DNA of 64,000 nucleotides from Acidobacteriota bacterium (GTDB lineage: Bacteria > Acidobacteriota > JBCCFW01), in NCBI GenBank assembly GCA_039029535.1, contig JBCCFW010000006.1, positions 26,429-90,428 of the forward strand, written 5' to 3'. How positions within the stretch are numbered: the first letter of the stretch is position 1; the number at the start of each line of letters is the position of its first letter. This document shows, in pieces, positions 1 through 8,806 of this stretch. The position numbers and the translations under genes are program-made. A model generated the notes under the pieces. It saw only the letters and a program-made list of their open reading frames with translations. It was not told where the DNA came from and ran no database searches.

Positions 1-1396
1 GGTCACTTCCCGGGCTCACGTCGAAGCTGATGACGTCGCGGAGGTCGAGCGCCGGGTTGCTGACCTCCATCCGGTAGCTGCCCGGAGGCAGGCTCAGACG
101 CACGGGCGTGTTGCTCTCGTCGAGAGCGATCTCGCTGGCCGCACCTTGATCGGTGCGCTGGAGACTGTCGATGTGGGCCCAGGGGGCGATGAGCACGTCG
201 ACCGAGACCGGGTCGGCGTTGACCACCGGCGGTGGGTCGGACCCGCCACCTCCCCCGCCCTTGGGGCCGAGGAAGAACCAGCCGGCCGCGATCAGGCCGA
301 TCGCGGCTGCGACTCCGATGAAGACCGGCAGCTTGCTCTTGGCGGGAGCTGCGGCCGCAGACGCGCCCGCTCCGCCAGCGGGAGCTCCGCCGACCACCGT
401 CCCGGCGGCCGGTGCCGCACCCGCCCGATCGCTCTTCGATTCGCCGACCTGGACGGTGTCGGCTCCCGGCGACGGCATCGGTCCGGCCTGGGTGGCGGCA
501 GCGACGTCGCTGGCGGAGATCTCGGTGGTGGCGTCTTCCTCGCCGACCTCGGCGGCAGCGCTGACCGCGGCGCCGGGCTGGGGCTTGCCCGCCCAGGCGC
601 GCAGGTCGCGGGCCATCTCCGAGATGTCCTGGTAGCGCTGGTCCAGGTCCTTGGCCATCGCCTTGCGGATGATCCGCTCGATCTCGGCCGGGACGTCGAG
701 AGAGAGCGAATCGAAGGACGGCGGCTCCTTGAAGACGACGTTGTAGATCACCGAGGTGATCGAGTCGGCCGTGAACGGCTTGCTGCGGCTGAGCAGCTCG
801 TAGAAGACCACGCCAGCCGCGAAGATGTCGGTGCGTTGGTCGACCGCCTTGCCCTGAATCTGCTCGGGCGACATGTAATCGGGCGTGCCGATGACCATGC
901 CCGTCGCCGTCAGGTTCGTGGACTCCATCTTGGCGACGCCGAAGTCCATGACCTTGACGCGCCCGTCGTCGCAGACGTGGATGTTGGCGGGCTTGATGTC
1001 GCGGTGGACGATCTTCCGGGCGTGGGCATAAGCCAGGCCGTCGCACACCTGGATGAGGATGTCGACGGCCTCGTCGACGGGCAGCCGCTTCTTGCGCTCG
1101 ACGTAGTCCTTGAGGTCTTCGCCGACGAGGAGCTCCATGGCGATGTACGGAACGCCCTGCTCCTCGCCCAGGTCGTAGACCACGACGATGTTGGCGTGGT
1201 CGATGGCGGCGACCGCCCGGGCCTCGTGGATGAAGCGCTGCTTCATCTCCTCGGTGACGTCGCTCCCGGTGATGACCTTGATGGCCACCTGACGCCCGAG
1301 CAGGGGATCCTCGCCGCGATAGACGAGCCCCATCGCACCCTGGCCGAGGGTCCCCAGGATGTTGTACTTGCCGATCTTCTTGACGTCCTTGTCCAT
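1..1396 (-). CDS. Hanks-type Ser/Thr protein kinase with a TM helix and a PEGA-like extracellular domain (3' end runs off the window)
   Basis: My own translation from ATG at 1396 (MDKDVKKIGKYNILGTLGQGAMG) gives VAIK, HRDIKPAN, DFG and GTPDYMSPE motifs, a hydrophobic helix, then TPVRLSLPPGSY. The frame is open to base 2. The ORF track lists only shadow frames here. Confidence 0.93.
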   Translation of the reverse strand, partial: MDKDVKKIGKYNILGTLGQGAMGLVYRGEDPLLGRQVAIKVITGSDVTEEMKQRFIHEARAVAAIDHANIVVVYDLGEEQGVPYIAMELLVGEDLKDYVERKKRLPVDEAVDILIQVCDGLAYAHARKIVHRDIKPANIHVCDDGRVKVMDFGVAKMESTNLTATGMVIGTPDYMSPEQIQGKAVDQRTDIFAAGVVFYELLSRSKPFTADSITSVIYNVVFKEPPSFDSLSLDVPAEIERIIRKAMAKDLDQRYQDISEMARDLRAWAGKPQPGAAVSAAAEVGEEDATTEISASDVAAATQAGPMPSPGADTVQVGESKSDRAGAAPAAGTVVGGAPAGGAGASAAAAPAKSKLPVFIGVAAAIGLIAAGWFFLGPKGGGGGGSDPPPVVNADPVSVDVLIAPWAHIDSLQRTDQGAASEIALDESNTPVRLSLPPGSYRMEVSNPALDLRDVISFDVSPGSD

Positions 1397-1635
1397 GTCG
1401 GCAACGTCTCTTCAGCTCCGGGGGGACCCGGTCTCACCCCACCTGAGGAGACCCTCTCGACGCCCCACGCCCGGCCCGGATCGAGACGGCCATCATGTCA
1501 CCCCCCCACGCCGGCTCCAAGTGCCGAGCCAGCCCCGCCCGGACCGGCAAGCCCCCTAGTTCGTGTAGGATGCCCGCAGCGTCCAGGGGCCAGCAGTCGC
1601 CGGCAACACCGGCCTCCCCCCTCCCGCGGACCGCG

Positions 1636-2148
1636 ATGAACGCAGCCCCCCCTCCAGACGGCATTTGCCTCGTCTTCCGAAGCTCCCCACGCATGCTCTG
1701 CGTGGTCCGAGCGGCGGTGCGACAGTTCTTGGCCCAGGCCTCCTTCGACGAGGGGCTCACCGAGCGCGTGACGCTGGCCATCGACGAGTCGTGCACCAAC
1801 GTCATCCGGCACGGCTACCAGGGCTGCGAGGACGGCCTCATGGAGCTCACGCTCGGGATCGCAGAGCGCTCCGGCAGGAGTCGACAGCTCGAGATCCGCC
1901 TGGCCGACGAGGCCTGCAAGGCCCCCTCGGAGGCCATGAAGGCCCCGGCGCCATCGGCCCCCACGACGCCCGGGGGCCTGGGCCTGCACTTCATCCACGA
2001 GGTCATGGACGAGGTCTGCTTCGACGAGAACGTCGAGCGTGGCAACGTCCTGATCCTGCGGCTCGGCTGCCCCGAGGCGGCCGAGCCCAACGACGGGGCC
2101 CGCGCCAGCTCGGGCTCGGACCAGGGACCAGGAGGCTCCTCATGCTGA
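1636..2148 (+). CDS. RsbW/SpoIIAB-like anti-sigma factor Ser kinase (HATPase_c)
   Basis: LAIDESCTNVIRHGY (N box) and PGGLGLHFIHEVMDEV (G2 box). Start uncertain. Confidence 0.88.
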   Translation: MNAAPPPDGICLVFRSSPRMLCVVRAAVRQFLAQASFDEGLTERVTLAIDESCTNVIRHGYQGCEDGLMELTLGIAERSGRSRQLEIRLADEACKAPSEAMKAPAPSAPTTPGGLGLHFIHEVMDEVCFDENVERGNVLILRLGCPEAAEPNDGARASSGSDQGPGGSSC

Positions 2149-2477
2149 AGGTGGACCGCCGCGAGGTGGACGCGGCCACGGTGATCGCGGTCGAGGGCGA
2201 GGTCGACCTCTACTCCTCCCCGCAGATGCGCGAGGCACTCCTCGCCGCCATCAAGGCCGGCAGCGCCCGGGTCGTCGTGGACCTGACCGGCGTCAGTTAC
2301 ATGGACTCGTCCGGCATCGCGACCCTGGTCGAGGCCCTCGGCGGCCTGCGTGAGAAGGGCCGTGCGCTGGTGCTTGCCGGGCTGCGCCCCCGGGTCCGCG
2401 AGGTCTTCGAGATCGCCAAGCTCCAGACCGTCTTCACCCTGGCCGAGTCGGTCGACGCGGCCCTGGCGGACGGCTGA
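2142..2477 (+). CDS. STAS-domain anti-anti-sigma factor (RsbV/SpoIIAA-like; occupies the MlaB position)
   Basis: GEVDLYSSP...VVVDLTGVSYMDSSGIATL; GGAGG RBS upstream; overlaps the rsbW-like stop. Confidence 0.92.
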   Translation: MLKVDRREVDAATVIAVEGEVDLYSSPQMREALLAAIKAGSARVVVDLTGVSYMDSSGIATLVEALGGLREKGRALVLAGLRPRVREVFEIAKLQTVFTLAESVDAALADG

Positions 2478-2487
2478 GCGAGAGACC

Positions 2488-3285
2488 GTGCTCACCAACG
2501 CCCTGGGAGGCACCGGTCGGACGGTGCTCGGCCTGTTCCGCGGAACGGGCTCGCTGACCCTGTTGGGTCTCCGGATGACGGGCGTGCTGCTGCGCTCGGT
2601 CTTGCCGGGGGCGCCGTTTCGTCGGATCACCATCCTCCAGCAGGCGGCGGCCATGGGCATCGGCGCCCTCCCCATCGTCACGCTCATCTCCTGGATGATG
2701 GGTCTCATCCTGGCGTTCCAAGCGGCCTACCAGCTCGGCCGCCTCGGCATGGAGAGCTACGTGGCCGATCTCGTGGCGGTCTCCATGACCCGCGAGCTCG
2801 GCCCGGTCATCACGGCCATCGTCGTGGCCGGCCGGAGCGGCTCGGCGGTCGCTGCCGAGATCGCGACCATGAAGATCCAGGAAGAGCTCGACGCCCTCCA
2901 GGTCATGGGGGTCTCGATCCAGTCGTTCCTCATCGCGCCGAAGCTAGCCGCGATGGTGCTCTGCCTGCCCTTGCTCACCGCCTGGGCCGACCTCATCTCC
3001 ATCCTCGGCGGCCTGGCCTGTGCAGCCGTGGTCCTCGACATCCCGGCGGTGGCCTACCTCGAGCGGACGCAGGAGTCGCTCTACATGCTCGACTTCCTGT
3101 CCGGGCTCGCGAAGGCCGGTGTCTTCGGCGTGCTCATCGTGACGGTGGGCGTCTGGTGCGGGCTCAACGTCGAAGGCGGCGCCGCCGGCGTGGGCCGCGC
3201 GACGACGCGGGCGGTGGTGCTCGGGATCTTCTGCGTCATCCTTGCCGACCTCGTGGCCACCGGCCTCTTCTACGCCCTGGCATGA
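2488..3285 (+). CDS. mlaE: MlaE-family ABC permease
   Basis: RELGPVITAIVVAGRSGSAVAAEIATMKIQEELDAL; GGAAGVGRATTRAVV. Confidence 0.93.
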   Translation: MLTNALGGTGRTVLGLFRGTGSLTLLGLRMTGVLLRSVLPGAPFRRITILQQAAAMGIGALPIVTLISWMMGLILAFQAAYQLGRLGMESYVADLVAVSMTRELGPVITAIVVAGRSGSAVAAEIATMKIQEELDALQVMGVSIQSFLIAPKLAAMVLCLPLLTAWADLISILGGLACAAVVLDIPAVAYLERTQESLYMLDFLSGLAKAGVFGVLIVTVGVWCGLNVEGGAAGVGRATTRAVVLGIFCVILADLVATGLFYALA

Positions 3286-4085
3286 GCGACGCGACCTCCT
3301 CTCCTCTCGTGGTCGAGAACCTGCGGGTCGCCTACGGCGATCGCGTCATCCTCGACGGGATCGACTTCGCCCTCCGCAAGCACGAGGTGCTGGTCATCCT
3401 CGGCCCGTCGGGCTGTGGCAAATCCACCCTGCTGCGCACGCTCATCGGCCTGGTCGAGCCGGCTCGAGGGCGTGCCCTTCTCCTCGGTCAGGACCTCCGA
3501 GACCTCCCGCGCGACGAGCGTCGGGAGCTCCTGCGCGAGATCGGCGTGGCGTTCCAGGGCTCGGCCTTGCTCGGCTCGCTCACCGTGGGCGAGAACGTCG
3601 CCTTGCCACTGCGTGAGCACACGCAACTCGACCCCAACACCATCGAGATCATGACCCGGCTCAAGCTCGGTCAGGTGGGTCTGCCCAAGGCGGAGAACCT
3701 CTACCCCGACCAACTCTCCGGGGGCATGAAGAAGCGCGCCGGCATCGCCCGCGCGCTGGCCATGGATCCGAAGCTGCTCTTCCTCGACGAGCCGTCGGCG
3801 GGGCTCGATCCGATCACCTCGGCCAGTCTCGACCAGCTCCTCAAGCAGCTCGCGTCCTCGCTCGATCTCACCACCGTGGTGGTCACGCACGAGCTGGAGT
3901 CGGCCTTCGACATCGCCGACCGCATGCTCATGCTCCACGCCGGCAAGGTGCTCGCCCTCGGGACCCCCGACGAGCTCCGACGCAACGAGGACCCTCGGGT
4001 CCGTCAGTTCCTCGATCGCCTCCCCGATCCCGAGCAGGCCCCGTCCGAGGGACTGGTCGAACGTCTCACCCGTGGTTCGCAGTAG
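3282..4085 (+). CDS. mlaF: MlaF-family ABC ATPase
   Basis: GPSGCGKS, LSGGMKKRAGIARA, LFLDEPSAGLDP, VTHE; ATGA overlap with mlaE. Confidence 0.93.
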   Translation: MSDATSSPLVVENLRVAYGDRVILDGIDFALRKHEVLVILGPSGCGKSTLLRTLIGLVEPARGRALLLGQDLRDLPRDERRELLREIGVAFQGSALLGSLTVGENVALPLREHTQLDPNTIEIMTRLKLGQVGLPKAENLYPDQLSGGMKKRAGIARALAMDPKLLFLDEPSAGLDPITSASLDQLLKQLASSLDLTTVVVTHELESAFDIADRMLMLHAGKVLALGTPDELRRNEDPRVRQFLDRLPDPEQAPSEGLVERLTRGSQ

Positions 4086-4112
4086 GATTCCCCTCCTCAT
4101 CGGAGCGAAGTC

Positions 4113-5123
4113 GTGAAGAACTCCAAGCTGGAAATCGCCGTCGGGGCCTTCGTGCTCTTCGGAGTGGCGCTGATCCTCTTCGGCGTCTTCACGATCCGCG
4201 GCATGGGGCTCACGCCGACCGAGACCTATCACGCGGTCTACCGCAACGTGAACACCATCGACGTCGGCGCCGCGGTCAAGTACAACGGCAAGCTGGTCGG
4301 TCGAGTCGAGGCCGTGAACATCGATCCCGATGATGGTCGCTTCATCCGGGTCGAGTTCTCCCTCGCGGCCACCACGCCCATCACCGACGACCTGATCGCC
4401 AAGATCACCAAGGCCGACCTCCTCGGCGACGAGTACGTCGACCTCCGCACGACCGACCAGTCCATCCACCCGTCGGGTCGTCCTCCAGTGCGTCGCGAGC
4501 TCCCGCCGGGCAGTCGCATCGAGGGCGGCGAGCCCTTCGATCTCCAGCGGGCGCTCGAGGGCTTGCAAGACGCCATCGGTCGCGTCGATCAGCTCATCTC
4601 GACGGTGACGGTCGAGCTCGAGGCCGCGCTGAAGAAGGGCAACGACATCCTGGCGCAGGCCGAGGGCCTCGTGTCGGAAGACAACCAGGCGGCGGTGAAG
4701 ACGGCGCTGGCCGATCTCCAGGCGACGACGGGTCGCTTGCGGGAGGTCATCGACCGCGAGTCGCCGAAGATCGGCACCATCCTGGGCAACGTCGAGGAGG
4801 CTTCCTCGAGCGTGAGCTCGGCGGCCGGCAAGATCGAGACGAGCCTCGACGAGACCCTGCGCGACTTCGCGCCGCGCTTCCACCGCTTGCAGGACCAGCT
4901 CGAGAAGTCGCTCACCGAGGTGCAGTCGGCGCTGGAGTCGTTGAGCACGGCGGTGTCCTCGCTCGACCTGGAGCGGGTCGACGACCTCGTGGAGAACCTG
5001 GAGCTGAGCTCGCGTCACCTGGCGGAGTTCACCCGGGAGATCAAGCAGCGTCCGTCGGCGCTCATCCGGAAGCAGCCTCCCCCGCAGCGCGAGTTCCGGG
5101 ACAAGAAGAAGGACCGCAAGTGA
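4113..5123 (+). CDS. mlaD: MCE/MlaD protein with long helical C-terminal region
   Basis: N-terminal TM (VGAFVLFG), GAAVKYNGKLVGRV, LLGDEYVDL, coiled-coil tail ending RPSALIR. Confidence 0.9.
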   Translation: MKNSKLEIAVGAFVLFGVALILFGVFTIRGMGLTPTETYHAVYRNVNTIDVGAAVKYNGKLVGRVEAVNIDPDDGRFIRVEFSLAATTPITDDLIAKITKADLLGDEYVDLRTTDQSIHPSGRPPVRRELPPGSRIEGGEPFDLQRALEGLQDAIGRVDQLISTVTVELEAALKKGNDILAQAEGLVSEDNQAAVKTALADLQATTGRLREVIDRESPKIGTILGNVEEASSSVSSAAGKIETSLDETLRDFAPRFHRLQDQLEKSLTEVQSALESLSTAVSSLDLERVDDLVENLELSSRHLAEFTREIKQRPSALIRKQPPPQREFRDKKKDRK

Positions 5124-5728
5124 ACCGCTGGCGCACGACCTTCCTCCTCCTGCTGGCCGGTCTCGGCCTGGGCTGCTTCGGCAAGACGCCGGTGCATCGG
5201 GTCTGGAGTCTCCAGGCCGAGGACGACGCGGTCGTCACGACGCGCACGGCGCCGTCGCTGGGGCTGGCGCACTTCACGTCCGATGCGCCCTTGCGCACGA
5301 CCAAGCTCACCTGGCGCGAGGGTGACGGCCGCGAGCTCCGTCAGTACGGCTACCACTCCTGGTCGGACTACCCCGACCGCATGCTGGAAGAGCTGACGCG
5401 ACGCTCCTTCGAGGCCAGCGGCGACTTCTCACGCGTGGACGTGTTGCCTCCGGCGCAGGGCCACGACGCGATCTTGCGCTGTCGTCTCGTGCGCTTCCAC
5501 GAGTCCCAGCGCGCTGATGCCCACGAGGTGCAAGTGAGCGTCCGCTGGCGTCTCACCACCCCGGGCGGCACCCCCATCGACTCGGACCGCACCGACGCCA
5601 CCGCCCCGGTGAAGGCCGGCAACGTCGAAGCCGTCATCGACGCCTACGACGAAGCGACCCATGCGCTCGTCACCAAGCTCCGCGAGCAGGTCCTCGCGAG
5701 CCTCGCCAAGGCGAAGAGCGAGAGCTAG
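5120..5728 (+). CDS. PqiC-like ABC-transport auxiliary lipoprotein
   Basis: Lipobox LGLGC; YGYHSWSDYPDRML motif; follows the MCE gene with a GTGA overlap. Confidence 0.8.
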   Translation: MNRWRTTFLLLLAGLGLGCFGKTPVHRVWSLQAEDDAVVTTRTAPSLGLAHFTSDAPLRTTKLTWREGDGRELRQYGYHSWSDYPDRMLEELTRRSFEASGDFSRVDVLPPAQGHDAILRCRLVRFHESQRADAHEVQVSVRWRLTTPGGTPIDSDRTDATAPVKAGNVEAVIDAYDEATHALVTKLREQVLASLAKAKSES

Positions 5729-5763
5729 GAGCTCTTCGGCCTGACGCACGGAGAACGACCGCT

Positions 5764-6092
5764 CGCCACTGAGTAGCGGCGTTCAGGGTGCGTCAGGCGT
5801 GGTCATGAGCCGAGCCAGCGGCGTCCGCCACTGAGTAGCGGCGTTCAGGGTGCGTCAGGCGTGGTCATGAGCCGAGCGAGCGGCGGCGACGCCTACATCA
5901 GTAGGCGAGCGCCGCGAGTCGAAAGTGAAGGGCCGCGAATGGCGTGCCATGGACGCCGCTACGGAGTAGCAGGAGCGCCGGTGCGTCAGATGGGGCGATG
6001 AGCCGAGCGAGCGCGGCGGAGCCTACATGAGTAGGTGAGCACGCGCGAGTCGAGAGCGAAGCGTCCCAGATGACGTGCCGCCGCCCTGCTAC
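5764..6092. repeat. Cluster A of palindromic REPIN/MITE-like elements: one partial copy (62-bp period duplication) and full copies at about 5836-5961 and 5967-6091
   Basis: Terminal inverted ends GTAGCGGCGT...ACGCCGCTAC and GTAGCAGG...CCTGCTAC; shared core ATGAGCCGAGCGAGCG...CCTAC-N4-GTAGG...CGAGTCGA(A/G)AG(T/C)GAAG; lies between convergent genes. Confidence 0.85.
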
Positions 6093-8806
6093 GGGCAGCC
6101 GGCGGGGAAGCGGGTGTTGAAGTCCGTATCGGATCCAAACGTGTCATCCGAGCACGCCATCCCCTCACACCGCGCCAGGTACCAATACCCCTGCGCTCGC
6201 CCACCGCCGGGCAGGGCCTGCTCCGGCGGCGACGCGTCGATCTCGATGCGGAGGTTCACCGGCATCGACACGATGAGGCAGCCGGGATCGGTCATCGTCA
6301 GGTCGCTCGTCGTCCTGAGCAGTCCGAGGTCGCCACGCAGCAGCGTGTAGACGGCGGCGCCGACATCGGTCCAGCTCACCACGTCGTCGGGCTCGTCGCG
6401 ATCGACTTGCAGCCGGAAGGGCGGCGGCGGAGGCGTTCCGACGTTGAGGAAGACCGTCACGTCGTTGGTCGCGCCCGAGAGCAGGGCGACGTCCGGCAGC
6501 AGGTCGCCGTCGAGGTCGGTCGCCACCAGGCCGAGGTTGTCGAGGTTGGTGCCGAGCCGCAGCGGGGCCGCCACCATGCCGTCGCCGAGCGACTCGAGGA
6601 GGGTCAGGCGGTTGGCGTTGGCCACCGCGAGGTCGTCGATGCCGTCGCCCGACAGGTCCGCCACGACGATGTCGCGAGGCCCGGGCGAGACGCCGACGTT
6701 CACCACGGGCATGCCCAGCGAGCCTCCCGACTCGAGGTAGACCAGGAGGCTGCCCGAGCGCTCGAGCACCGCCAGGTCGTCCGCTCGCATGTCGCCGTCA
6801 AAGTCCCCGATGCGGAGCGAGTCGATGGTCACGAAGCTCTCGTTGAAGGGATCGGGGAGCGAGAGCATGTCGGTGAGGGCCCAGCCGCTGCCGTCGTCGG
6901 TGTAGAGGAAGAGCTGGGGTCGACCCGCTCCGGGAGCGGCGCTGTCCTTGCCGGCCACCACCACGGTGCCGGTGCCGAGATCGGGCATCCAGAGATGGTC
7001 CTGCGGCAGGTTGAAGCCGCCGACGATGTCGGCCATCGTGAAGCCGCCCATCCCGTCGCCGTGCCAAATCTCGAGCTCGGGGGTGATGGCGTCGTTCACG
7101 ACCACGAGGTCGAGCGCCCCGGGCGTCGCCGGGAGCCCGGCCGGACGCGAGGTGCCGCTGATGCCCAGCGCCACGCCGGGATCGAAGCCACCGAGACGGC
7201 CCGGATGGAGCGCGTGATCGGACACGGTGCCGACGAGAAGGTCGGGACGGGCGTCGCCGTCGAAGAGGTCGACCAGCAGCTCACGCACGCCCCCAGGGGC
7301 TCCCGGAGCGATGCCACTGGACTGCCCGAAGGAACCGTCGCCGGCTCCGGGCAGGAGGCCGAGCGAGCCATCACCACCACTGCCGATGACCAGGTCGGCA
7401 GCGGCGCTGACCGACTGCCGATTCACGGCCAGGGCCGTCGGTCCCTTGAGACCCGAAGCGAATGAGCGGGGCGCGTCGAAGCGGCCCGTGCCGTCGTTGG
7501 TGAGGAGGGTGAGCGAGTTGCCGTCGGAGGCGGCGACCACCAGGTCGAGAGAGCCGTCGCCAGCGAGGTCGGCGGCAGTGACGCCACCAGGGCGCCGTGG
7601 CGCGAGGTCAGGCTGCGCATGGTGGAACTGCGCGTCGATGTTGAAGTCGAGGGTGGCGCCGGCCCGGCCGGGCACGATCCAGACCCAGTTGTGCCCCTGA
7701 CCGGCCGTGACGACGTCGCCCGCATCGGTCAAGACGAGGTCGTCGACGCCGTCGGGCGCGCTACCGACACCGGTCTCCCCCACCACGTCGGCGAGGATCA
7801 TGGCCGAGAGCCGGGTGTCCTCACGCTCGGTCGCAAGGGGCGCAGCCACGTCGAAGACGATGGGGTCGTCGAAGGCCTCCATCGTCGGGTCACCGTTGCC
7901 CGGGTAGAGGAGCACGAGCCCCTGCTCGGTGGCCACGAGCGCGTCGAGCCGCATGTCGCCGGTGAACTCGCCGGCGATGGCCTCCACCGGTGTCTGCATC
8001 GGGTAGCCGGCGGGGGCCACGGGCTTGGCGACGAGGAGGTCGTTGCTGATGCCGAACAGCGGCTGCCCCGGCCAAACCACGAGCTGCATTCCCGCCGAGT
8101 CGACGGTGAGGAGATCCGGCTGTCCCGCCGTGTCGATGTCGACGAAGTCCCCGACCTCGATGTCGACGAGCAGGCGCACGTTCACGCCGGCGGTGGCCGC
8201 GGGGAAGACCGTTACGAACGCGAAGCTTCCCGGCGCGCCCTGCCCGGCCGTCTTCACCTCCGAGCCGGTGCAGAAGAACAGGTCGACGAGCATGTCTTCG
8301 TTCCAGTCGAAGAGCGCGATGCTCGCGCCGTCACCCTGACCGGCCGAGGGGTCGCTGAAGGTCCAGGCTCCCATGGCGTTGATGTAGGAGAAGAAGCGCG
8401 CGCTGTCCTCGTTGGTGCCGACGAGATCGTCGACGAAGGTGTCGCCGTCGAGGTCGACGGCCCGAATGGCCGTGGGACGATCGCCCACCCGGGACTCGTC
8501 GCGGGGCGCCATGTCGTCGGGCTCGAGCACCACGTGCTCGGTGAAGCTGCCGTCGCCCTGATTCTCGAAGATGATGATGGCCGGGCCGGGCGTGTCGACC
8601 AGCACCGCCAGGTCGAGCACGCCGTCCATGCCGGCCGGCATGCTGTCGGAGTTGACGAAGTCACCCGCCACCACCGCCACCGGGTCGGTGAAGGAACCGA
8701 TCGAGATCTCGTTGCGACCCCGCAGCTCGATCACCGCGGCCGCCGGCAACGCGAACGCGCACAGGATGAGACCGACGAGACAGCTTCGAGAGGTCCTGCG
8801 GCTCAT
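6089..8806 (-). CDS. Secreted FG-GAP/VCBS-repeat beta-propeller protein with a C-terminal Cys-Pro domain
   Basis: Signal peptide (ALPAAA-V); many D(L/F)xGDxxxDL repeats; ends FPAGCP. Confidence 0.85.
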   Translation of the reverse strand: MSRRTSRSCLVGLILCAFALPAAAVIELRGRNEISIGSFTDPVAVVAGDFVNSDSMPAGMDGVLDLAVLVDTPGPAIIIFENQGDGSFTEHVVLEPDDMAPRDESRVGDRPTAIRAVDLDGDTFVDDLVGTNEDSARFFSYINAMGAWTFSDPSAGQGDGASIALFDWNEDMLVDLFFCTGSEVKTAGQGAPGSFAFVTVFPAATAGVNVRLLVDIEVGDFVDIDTAGQPDLLTVDSAGMQLVVWPGQPLFGISNDLLVAKPVAPAGYPMQTPVEAIAGEFTGDMRLDALVATEQGLVLLYPGNGDPTMEAFDDPIVFDVAAPLATEREDTRLSAMILADVVGETGVGSAPDGVDDLVLTDAGDVVTAGQGHNWVWIVPGRAGATLDFNIDAQFHHAQPDLAPRRPGGVTAADLAGDGSLDLVVAASDGNSLTLLTNDGTGRFDAPRSFASGLKGPTALAVNRQSVSAAADLVIGSGGDGSLGLLPGAGDGSFGQSSGIAPGAPGGVRELLVDLFDGDARPDLLVGTVSDHALHPGRLGGFDPGVALGISGTSRPAGLPATPGALDLVVVNDAITPELEIWHGDGMGGFTMADIVGGFNLPQDHLWMPDLGTGTVVVAGKDSAAPGAGRPQLFLYTDDGSGWALTDMLSLPDPFNESFVTIDSLRIGDFDGDMRADDLAVLERSGSLLVYLESGGSLGMPVVNVGVSPGPRDIVVADLSGDGIDDLAVANANRLTLLESLGDGMVAAPLRLGTNLDNLGLVATDLDGDLLPDVALLSGATNDVTVFLNVGTPPPPPFRLQVDRDEPDDVVSWTDVGAAVYTLLRGDLGLLRTTSDLTMTDPGCLIVSMPVNLRIEIDASPPEQALPGGGRAQGYWYLARCEGMACSDDTFGSDTDFNTRFPAGCP

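Noticed and set aside
5764-6092. CRISPR array
   Set aside because: Units are 62-126 nt, structured, and lack unique spacers; no cas genes. The same applies to 15726-16054.
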